DNA from: a virus
Taxonomy: Duplodnaviria > Caudoviricetes
Reading direction: 5' to 3' (one strand)
Virus record (IMG/VR): IMGVR_UViG_3300006805_000134
Coordinates: 1-26,054 of that record
DNA: 26,054 nt
Both the position numbers and the translations under genes were made by a program. Positions 19,248 to 25,468 of the stretch are shown here, piece by piece. The notes under the pieces were generated by a model, which was given only the letters and a program-made list of their open reading frames with translations, ran no database searches and was not told where the DNA came from. Each line of letters opens with the position of its first letter. The first letter of the stretch is position 1.

Positions 19248-19263
19248 TGGCATGACTCTCGCT
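19248..19263 (+). promoter_or_regulatory. Possible sigma-54 (-24/-12) promoter
   Basis: TGGCATGACTCTCGCT: GG-N10-GC spacing, two mismatches to TGGCACG-N4-TTGCW; upstream of the small-gene cluster. Confidence 0.45.
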
Positions 19264-19477
19264 ATAGTGTCCGGCGTACCGCCAAGCGCCCACTAGGACG
19301 CATCATAGGCGGGGACTGTAGCTGTTAGCGATCACCGATGCCCTAGGGCTTAGCGTAAGCACGGTGATAGGCCTAGGGCCGCGTTCCGTAAGTCTTCCAA
19401 GACTTAGCGCCGCGAGCCGACCGGCGCCTTGTCTGCGGACGTGGTTAATCACTACAGAGATGCGCTTGACTGAACCG

Positions 19478-19525
19478 GCGCGACCTTGGGGTCACACCCA
19501 AGGTCGCGCATCTTGAGTCAAGACT
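19478..19525 (+). promoter_or_regulatory. 13-bp perfect hairpin plus short inverted repeat before RBS
   Basis: GCGCGACCTTGGG-gtcaca-CCCAAGGTCGCGC, then TCTTGA-g-TCAAGA, then GAGGAG. Confidence 0.6.
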
Positions 19526-19547
19526 AAACCAACGAGGAGTGATCTCA

Positions 19548-19727
19548 ATGAGTTACTTAGTCGCATTGATACTCGTGAGTTCATCTATTCACCTTCCCGC
19601 TGATATGTCAACGTCGGAAGCGTGTATGGATGTGCTCGCGAATGACGTTAACGATGCGCGCTTATATACAGCGTGCACTGTTATTTTTGAGCAAGAAAAC
19701 GGCTACTCGTATCTATCTGAAGAATAA
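19548..19727 (+). CDS. Small hypothetical protein, hydrophobic N-terminus (59 aa)
   Basis: GAGGAG RBS 8 nt before ATG; MSYLVALILVSS; two Cys. Confidence 0.6.
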   Translation: MSYLVALILVSSSIHLPADMSTSEACMDVLANDVNDARLYTACTVIFEQENGYSYLSEE

Positions 19728-19769
19728 TTGCGGCGGGGGCCATGAGGCCTCCGCTGGAGTTATAACTCC
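19718..19769 (+). repeat. Intergenic double-hairpin repeat, copy 1
   Basis: 42/46 nt identical to 20238-20283; core GGCGGGGGCCATGAGGCCTCCGCT. Confidence 0.9.
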
Positions 19770-19784
19770 GGAAAGAGGTTCATT

Positions 19785-20039
19785 ATGTTCAAGCTTTTAA
19801 TCGCTCACGCTATTGCTGCAACTGTACTCTGCACGTTTGCCGCTCGCGCGGAAGCATTCGAGATCAAACCTTACCAAGGTAAGATCGGCGAAAGTTATCG
19901 CGTCAACGGCAAAGCAGTATCCGACGCGGAAGCATTCAAGGCCGCCTTGAAAGGGGAAGAGGTCGAGAAATGCCAAGCCATGGAAGTTTCTCTTAATAAG
20001 AACGGCACGGGGGCCACGCTGAAAGCGAAGAAACGCTAG
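19785..20039 (+). CDS. Small secreted/periplasmic hypothetical protein (84 aa)
   Basis: GAGGT RBS; signal peptide MFKLLIAHAIAATVLCTFAARAEA with A-E-A cleavage motif. Confidence 0.75.
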   Translation: MFKLLIAHAIAATVLCTFAARAEAFEIKPYQGKIGESYRVNGKAVSDAEAFKAALKGEEVEKCQAMEVSLNKNGTGATLKAKKR

Positions 20040-20046
20040 TCTACTG

Positions 20047-20247
20047 ATGAGTCGGGAACGACGAAACGGCCACGCGAGTGGCCGTCTAGACTTACGAAAC
20101 AAGGCTCAAAACTTAATTCTATTCTATGCAGCCCTAGGCTGGTTGGCTGTCGCGCGGTACGCGGACAATGCGGCAGTGGCGCTCATCGAGCGGCACGCTC
20201 TCCCAATCTGTTTGTGCGGGATGTGTGATCGAGAAATTGAAGAATGA
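20047..20247 (+). CDS. Small hypothetical protein with C-terminal CxCxxC (66 aa)
   Basis: Fills the gap before repeat copy 2 and ends EE-stop inside the repeat, like ORF 19548-19727; RBS weak, start uncertain. Confidence 0.5.
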   Translation: MSRERRNGHASGRLDLRNKAQNLILFYAALGWLAVARYADNAAVALIERHALPICLCGMCDREIEE

Positions 20248-20292
20248 TTGAGGCGGGGGCCATGAGGCCTCCGCTTGAGTCATTAAGACTCA
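20238..20292 (+). repeat. Intergenic double-hairpin repeat, copy 2
   Basis: Exactly 520 nt from copy 1; stem differences are compensatory. Confidence 0.9.
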
Positions 20293-20306
20293 GATCGAGA
20301 GGTTAA

Positions 20307-20546
20307 ATGCATCGACGATCAAAAGGGTACACGTCCATTAATGACGTGACTCGTGAGAGGAAACGCCAAGAGTTGGTCCGGATTGAAACCCGCGCCATGA
20401 TTCGGGCGCCGGTCACGACGAGGATGAGGCTCAAGGCTCTAGGGGCCGAGGTAGGACTCCAGAGGCAAGAGAAGGCATTCAAGGCCAATAGACCAAAAGT
20501 CCCGAAGTTTAAACCAAGAGTCATACTCCGGAAGGCGGGGGTGTAA
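20307..20546 (+). CDS. Small very basic hypothetical protein (79 aa)
   Basis: GAGGT RBS; Arg/Lys-rich; followed by a terminator-like hairpin. Confidence 0.65.
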   Translation: MHRRSKGYTSINDVTRERKRQELVRIETRAMIRAPVTTRMRLKALGAEVGLQRQEKAFKANRPKVPKFKPRVILRKAGV

Positions 20547-20558
20547 GCCCCCTCTTTT
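20537..20558 (+). terminator. Putative intrinsic terminator
   Basis: GGGGG-tgtaag-CCCCC followed by TCTTTT. Confidence 0.45.
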
Positions 20559-20666
20559 CCAGATTCGCGAGGCAAGGCGCCGAAAACTTGGCGCGCAGAA
20601 TTTTTCAGAAATTATGCAGCGGCGTAAATGATTCTCATTGTTATTTGCGTAACGCATTGCTCGCTG

Positions 20667-21069
20667 CCCAAGTCTCCCAGGTAAAAAGCCAGAAACTTTT
20701 CTGGATATATATATTTTTTGAGGCATGCAAAATCCGTGCCAATAGCGATTTTTAACTGATTTTTTTGCCAATATATTTATAAAGAAAGACCCGTTTTACC
20801 TATTTTACTTGGGACCAGTGTTGAAATCATTGAAGATAACGCTACCCGACTAAACCAAAGTTACTCGGGTATTTACTTGGGTTGAGCCACGCCGCATAAA
20901 TCTGTAACGTCCCGCACATTAGGCACTTTTTACCTTTTTTACACGCATAACGCGGGACAATGTAACACCAGTCTACTATAAGATTTGCTTATACTTCGTC
21001 AGATCGAATATAAGGGGGCCTGTCCAGGTAATGTCCAGGTAAAACCCAAGTAAAATAATTTTACCTGGG
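20667..21069. repeat. AT-rich non-coding tract with about 8 CCARGTAA(AA)-type repeats (iteron/operator-like)
   Basis: Plus copies at 20676, 21021, 21032, 21043 (11-bp period); inverted copies at 20803, 20861, 20872, 21059; partial copies at 20667, 20794. Confidence 0.7.
20726..20741 (-). promoter_or_regulatory. Consensus sigma-54 (-24/-12) promoter facing left
   Basis: Minus strand TGGCACG-GATT-TTGCA, an exact match to TGGCACG-N4-TTGCW, in non-coding DNA. Confidence 0.7.
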
Positions 21070-21190
21070 CAACTGAGAGTCGTTATCACTTGATTTGTCC
21101 ACCGCATTCATATTAGAGTCTTGCCCCCCGCCGCAAGACCCGTGCATAAACGCACAAAAGAAAGGCAGATTTTATGCATTTCGACGCATC

Positions 21191-21336
21191 GGCTCAAGAG
21201 GCCTTTTGGGCCTCTTGGAGTCTAGTTTTGTGGCTCATTATTTGGCTGAATTCTTAACCCCGCCTCGGGCATCCCACCGCGTCCGCCGTTGAACCTGGCG
21301 GCGCGGCCCCTGGGGCGGGGGCCTTACGGCCCCTTT
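21191..21336 (+). ncRNA. Candidate structured RNA / leader upstream of the Ubl operon
   Basis: Three GC-rich stems: 21195-21217; 21258-21320 (inner 21277-21306); overlapping alternative 21318-21333 followed by TTT. No known family recognised. Confidence 0.4.
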
Positions 21337-21430
21337 GGTGTAAACGTAATTTTTGATTGATTTCACAGTTTGGTTCAGTCAAGAACCGCCTCACATCAAT
21401 TATGGTGTGAACAACCAAAAGGAGAGCCTC

Positions 21431-21631
21431 ATGGCTAAGGTTAACGTACAGGTCGCGGGTGGAAGCATCCAACAAAAAGAAGCAAACACGCTGGGGGAGC
21501 TTAAGCGTATGTTCGCGCGTGACGGCGTCAAATACACGGCGACGATCAACGGCGAGCCCGAAGATGAGGATAGCTGCGGACTCAACGATTATGAGTTCGT
21601 TGCCCTCACCGAGCAGGTCAAAGGCGCCTAA
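21431..21631 (+). CDS. Ubiquitin-like (ThiS/MoaD beta-grasp) protein, 66 aa, ends VKGA
   Basis: AAGGAGAG RBS; VNVQV strand, TLGEL helix start, ATINGE, LNDYEFVAL and VKGA tail follow the beta-grasp pattern; first gene before E2/JAB/E1. Confidence 0.82.
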   Translation: MAKVNVQVAGGSIQQKEANTLGELKRMFARDGVKYTATINGEPEDEDSCGLNDYEFVALTEQVKGA

Positions 21632-21639
21632 CCTCAACA

Positions 21640-21665
21640 AGGCCCCCTTGGTGACAGGGGGGCCT
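21640..21665 (+). promoter_or_regulatory. 11-bp GNRA-tetraloop hairpin between Ubl and E2 genes
   Basis: AGGCCCCCTTG-GTGA-CAGGGGGGCCT (one U-G pair); no U tract. Confidence 0.65.
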
Positions 21666-21681
21666 AACCCTGGAGTTACCC

Positions 21682-23007
21682 ATGTCTTTTGATAAAGAGT
21701 TGTACCTAAGTTTGCTTGCGGCGCAGGTAGGGGTTCCCTACAAGTATATTGAGCCGCCGGCGTTTGCTGACTGTGCGACCAAGCTTGACGTAAACAAGAA
21801 GTTCTTCGCTGAGGTGCTTCCGCGCCTTATGGATAACGTATCTGTGGAACTGCCTGACGGCCTAAGAAAGTATTTGGCGAAAGGTGGATTTTCGCAGAAC
21901 CACGTCGTCGACCGCGCGACCGATCAGTTAAATCTCGCTCGAAGAGAGGTGGAGTATTTTTGGGATTCCTACGCTGCACGTGCTGAAGGGCTTTCTGAAG
22001 CTTCTCTTGCGTACTACGAGGCTTTGAAGTTTGACCCTTTGCAAGTTTTGGAAGAGTCGCTCACCAAAGTCTTGGCCAAGGGCAAGTGGGAGTATTCCCC
22101 AAACGCGGGGGAGTATGCCTTTTTCGTGTCTAAAGATCCCATCGTCATGCGCTACAAAGATGACGGTGCGGGAGTGGATTACTCGGTCGACTTTGGCAAA
22201 GCGACGGTGAAGGTTAAGTTCAACCCCTTGCGGGTGGTTGTATCTTTCGAGCACAAAATGCCGATTGATTACCCTCACCCTCACGTGAGCCGCTCAGGGA
22301 ATGTGTGCTGGGGAAATGCGGCGGGAGTCGTCACCAAGGCGGTGGAGACCTACGACGTTGAACCCCTATTCGAGGCGCTGCATCTGATTCTCACCACCTA
22401 CAACCCCGCCTCTCCCTACGTGAATCTTAGCCGATATCACGAGGAGCAGGATCGGGGGCGCGCCCTACAGGAGTTTGAGAGATTTACTGAAACTGCCATG
22501 GATATTTTATCCCGGAGGAATCTAAATGGCTTGGACATCGCCAAGCTTTTCTCCCTGTCATACGCCGCAATGAGGGGCTCAAACTCTCCCGGCCTTACCG
22601 AGAGAATCATTGGGCACGATACAAAACTTGAAGCGCTCCACTGGGTTGTGGACGAGGATGCCTCGTGCGTTCTAGCGCGCCACGAGGATGCCGAAGGAAA
22701 CGAGTGGAAGCTTGTTCCTGCGTTTAAAACGGGGATCGGACTTTCCTATGCGGTTGAGGAAGATGGAGACTGCGGCTGGCATATGTATTCCGCAGGACCT
22801 GCGGAGAATTTTCGGAAGGTGACGAACGCTGAGAATTGGTTGGAAGCTGTCCGGTTCCCCTCAGACGCAACTTCGTTTTTCCGCTCCTACGGGTTCTTAA
22901 GTCCCTATAGCGCGAGCGTCAGCGTGAGTGCTTTACGCCCATACGAAGCGGACGAGGATACTGAAGAGGCCGTCGATTACGACAGCGAAGAAGAAGGGTA
23001 TTTCTAA
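21682..23007 (+). CDS. E2 (UBC-fold) conjugating enzyme-like protein with long extensions (441 aa)
   Basis: YPHPHVSRSGNVCWGN (Cys209) matches the E2 HP[NH]V...G.vC core; LILTTYNPASPYVN matches the E2 N..SP loop; GGAG RBS. Confidence 0.78.
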   Translation: MSFDKELYLSLLAAQVGVPYKYIEPPAFADCATKLDVNKKFFAEVLPRLMDNVSVELPDGLRKYLAKGGFSQNHVVDRATDQLNLARREVEYFWDSYAARAEGLSEASLAYYEALKFDPLQVLEESLTKVLAKGKWEYSPNAGEYAFFVSKDPIVMRYKDDGAGVDYSVDFGKATVKVKFNPLRVVVSFEHKMPIDYPHPHVSRSGNVCWGNAAGVVTKAVETYDVEPLFEALHLILTTYNPASPYVNLSRYHEEQDRGRALQEFERFTETAMDILSRRNLNGLDIAKLFSLSYAAMRGSNSPGLTERIIGHDTKLEALHWVVDEDASCVLARHEDAEGNEWKLVPAFKTGIGLSYAVEEDGDCGWHMYSAGPAENFRKVTNAENWLEAVRFPSDATSFFRSYGFLSPYSASVSVSALRPYEADEDTEEAVDYDSEEEGYF

Positions 23008-23019
23008 AAGGAGAAAGTC

Positions 23020-23901
23020 ATGCGCATCTGCATACTAAAAGAAGTGTATCAAAAAGTAATGTACTGGGTCCACCGGGCTGACTTTGAGGTCAGTGGCATG
23101 GGCCTTGTCACTTTCGACGGGAAGGATACGTTTACGGTGGTCGACGCCTTTTTACCCTCGCAAGAGGGGGGCGCCGCTCACACCGACATTGACCCCGCCG
23201 CAATGGGCAAGCTCATGTACAACGTCCACAAAAGTGGTCGCGAAGGAATGCTCAACTGGTGGTGGCACTCGCACGTCAAAATGCCCGCGTTTTGGAGTGG
23301 TCAGGATAAGCAGACCATCCAAAAGTTCGCGCAAAACGGCTTTTGCGTGGCAACGGTGTTTAACCAACTTGGCGAGAGTAGGTCCGCTTATTCTGCCATG
23401 TACGAAAACACTCTTGGCGTGAAGCAACTCTTCGAGAGTGACTCCATCGCTTTTGAAGTGATTGACCCCTCCTACGAGGTTAATCCCGATTGGGAGAAAG
23501 AATTCACGGATAACGTCCGCGAACGCACCTGGAAAGCTATCGGGCGCTGGGGCGGAACTCCGGAGAAGGGAACCTGGTTTAAGTACGGAGATCAGTGGCG
23601 CCGCTGGGACTATGAAGCGCGCGACTGGGAATACTACGCGGGTAAGGGCTCGCCTTTCGCCAGCGATGACGACAATCGCGGGAATCTTCTGCAAACAAGC
23701 GAAGTCGGCTGGCGCGACGACGATTGGGTCCCCGCCGCTGATGGCCTAAGCTACGCGGTCAAAGATATCAAAGAGTACGCCCGAGTGCTTAAGCGCTCCT
23801 GGCGCAGGCTCCTCGACATATACGCCGATGGGGACCTAGAGGAAGTTACAAAACTGAATCAGGAAATTGACCTGGTTCTTTACACCGAGTCGCAAGACTA
23901 G
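23020..23901 (+). CDS. JAB/JAMM (MPN+) metallopeptidase (293 aa)
   Basis: Complete JAMM motif E23...H83-S-H85-x7-S93-x2-D96; AAGGAG RBS. Confidence 0.9.
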   Translation: MRICILKEVYQKVMYWVHRADFEVSGMGLVTFDGKDTFTVVDAFLPSQEGGAAHTDIDPAAMGKLMYNVHKSGREGMLNWWWHSHVKMPAFWSGQDKQTIQKFAQNGFCVATVFNQLGESRSAYSAMYENTLGVKQLFESDSIAFEVIDPSYEVNPDWEKEFTDNVRERTWKAIGRWGGTPEKGTWFKYGDQWRRWDYEARDWEYYAGKGSPFASDDDNRGNLLQTSEVGWRDDDWVPAADGLSYAVKDIKEYARVLKRSWRRLLDIYADGDLEEVTKLNQEIDLVLYTESQD

Positions 23902-23913
23902 GAAGGACACGAT

Positions 23914-24618
23914 ATGTCTTTGGTATCAGACAAGCCGCATCTCATCCGTCAATATGACATCATACCCGAGAAAACCCTCTCCACGCCGGTCACGGTGGTT
24001 GGGGCGGGGGCTATCGGGTCGTGGGTCGTTCTACTTCTTGCAAAAATGGGAATGACCGATATTACGGTGTACGACCACGACAAGGTCGCCATCGAAAACG
24101 TCAACTGCCAACTCTACGGCAGAGAAGACGTGGGGGTTCCAAAAGTTTTTGCGCTCACTAAGATTGTGCAGAAGCTTTCGGCTAAAATCGGTTTACGTGT
24201 GGCCACCGAGAAGTGGTCCCCGGACCCCGCCACGAAAGGCATTGTGATTTGTGCGGTGGATTCCATGGAAGTCCGAAAGCAGGTCTTTGAAGAAATCTGC
24301 AAGAGTCACATCTTTGTGGAGTGGTTCATCGACTGTCGCATGGGGGCCGAAGAAGCGCTCATGTACACTGTCCGTCCGCACAACCCCAAAGATGCGGCGA
24401 CCTACCGGAAAACACTCTATACGGATGCAGATGCGGTCCAAGCGCCTTGCACCGCCAAAGCCACGGGCTATACCGCTGCGCTAATCTCCGGCTGGTGCGT
24501 GCGTTCAGTGAAAGCTATTCTCACCAAAGAGGCTCCGCCTCGGATCACTCTTTGGTCGATCAAAAACATGGACATGAAGGTGTACCGTGAAGATGTACCT
24601 GTACGTTCCGAAGGGTAG
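23914..24618 (+). CDS. E1-like ThiF/MoeB family activating enzyme (234 aa)
   Basis: N-terminal RQ, VTVVGAGAIGS, DHDKV..EN...Q, G.PKV, CAVDSMEVR, IDCRMG, and candidate catalytic Cys179 (APC). Confidence 0.93.
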   Translation: MSLVSDKPHLIRQYDIIPEKTLSTPVTVVGAGAIGSWVVLLLAKMGMTDITVYDHDKVAIENVNCQLYGREDVGVPKVFALTKIVQKLSAKIGLRVATEKWSPDPATKGIVICAVDSMEVRKQVFEEICKSHIFVEWFIDCRMGAEEALMYTVRPHNPKDAATYRKTLYTDADAVQAPCTAKATGYTAALISGWCVRSVKAILTKEAPPRITLWSIKNMDMKVYREDVPVRSEG

Positions 24619-24757
24619 GCCCATGCCTACTTCTTTGGAGGATGCGTTTACGCATTCGGACTTGATGGTGCATGTAACCTGTACTGGATTCACTCCACGT
24701 ACCGGCTACGATGCGTACATTTGGCATCTCGACGGGAAACTAGAAAGGGTGGTGTGA
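24593..24757 (+). CDS. Small hypothetical protein (54 aa; alternative start 24623, 44 aa)
   Basis: Hand translation MYLYVPKGRPMPTSLEDAF..WHLDGKLERVV; fills the gap and its stop abuts the next start. Confidence 0.45.
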   Translation: MYLYVPKGRPMPTSLEDAFTHSDLMVHVTCTGFTPRTGYDAYIWHLDGKLERVV

Positions 24758-25459
24758 TTGTACTCTAAGAACGAGGTCATCAGCGACATCGTGACTGAGC
24801 TAGTGGAGCGTGGCTTTGATTATAAGCGCGACGGTCCGCATGGGAAGCTTTTCGCCCCGAACCGGCATTTCGTCGTGGCAGTACCGCTCACGCCGAGCGA
24901 CTGGAGGGCTGAGAAAAATTTTCGCGCGGATGTACGGCGCTTTTTGCGGACACATAACTATGACCCTTTGGCCGAGGACGCTGAACAGGAGCGGAAAGAG
25001 CGCAAGCTTTTTAACCCTGTCGTCGTAACCCCTGCCAAAAAGCAGGAAGAGGAGAAGGTGACGAAAAGTATTAACGAGGTCGACTTTCAGTACGTGGTAG
25101 ACTTGCATAAGGCGGGAAAAACTTACACTGAAATTTGTACGATCTTAAACGCCCAAGGCTACAGGCTCCCCTCGGGGGGAGAAATCAAAATGGGCAATCT
25201 ATCAGGGTGGTTAACAAGAAGGGGATATCAACCAAAGGTGGCCGCTTACGGAAAGTATACGACATCCGTAAGTAGGATAAGAGAGCCTGCCTCCCCGCCC
25301 CCGCCCCCGCCCCCGCCCCCGCCGCAGGAGCAAGAGAGGCCCAGCAAAAAATTTCCGCTTTTACACGACGTGATGGAGATTGTATCGAGCAACTTAAGCG
25401 ACGAACTTAAAGAGACTTTTCTAAAGCACGTCGTAGCCAAACATTCTGAAATAAAGTGA
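24758..25459 (+). CDS. HicA-like domain fused to recombinase-type HTH, with poly-Pro linker (233 aa)
   Basis: LVERGF....DGPHGKL..P....VAVPLTPSDWRAEKNFRADVRR (HicA-like); GKTYTEICTILNAQGYRLPSGG (winged-helix-like); TTG start after GGTGGTG. Confidence 0.62.
   Translation: MYSKNEVISDIVTELVERGFDYKRDGPHGKLFAPNRHFVVAVPLTPSDWRAEKNFRADVRRFLRTHNYDPLAEDAEQERKERKLFNPVVVTPAKKQEEEKVTKSINEVDFQYVVDLHKAGKTYTEICTILNAQGYRLPSGGEIKMGNLSGWLTRRGYQPKVAAYGKYTTSVSRIREPASPPPPPPPPPPQEQERPSKKFPLLHDVMEIVSSNLSDELKETFLKHVVAKHSEIK
25293..25324 (+). repeat. (CCGCCC)n microsatellite encoding Pro10
   Basis: Alternating CCG/CCC codons. Confidence 0.9.
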
Positions 25460-25468
25460 GGGCATTGA

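Noticed and set aside
18691-19296. Arg/Pro/Gly-rich ORFs at the divergence point
   Set aside because: Low-complexity products of the G/C-run tract without RBSs.
19718-20292. CRISPR array or integron attC sites
   Set aside because: Only two copies with a gene-containing 520-nt period; no cas or intI gene; no RYYYAAC/GTTRRRY ends.
19465-21383. 12-bp inverted repeat CTTGACTGAACC (19465 and 21372) as invertible-segment ends
   Set aside because: A single 12-mer match is expected by chance in a window this size; no invertase seen.
21353-21430. ORF-track N-terminal extension of the Ubl (92 aa from TTG)
   Set aside because: A strong AAGGAGAG RBS precedes ATG 21431; the extension has no RBS.
21431-24618. 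Thiamine/molybdopterin sulfur-relay (thiS/thiF) interpretation
   Set aside because: E2-like gene present, no ThiG/MoaE/rhodanese/cysteine synthase in the window, and E1 lacks Zn motifs. Disfavoured, not formally excluded.
21431-24618. Host defence island (CBASS/Bil) next to a prophage
   Set aside because: No CD-NTase, effector, integrase or att site seen; tightly coupled phage-like genes continue downstream.
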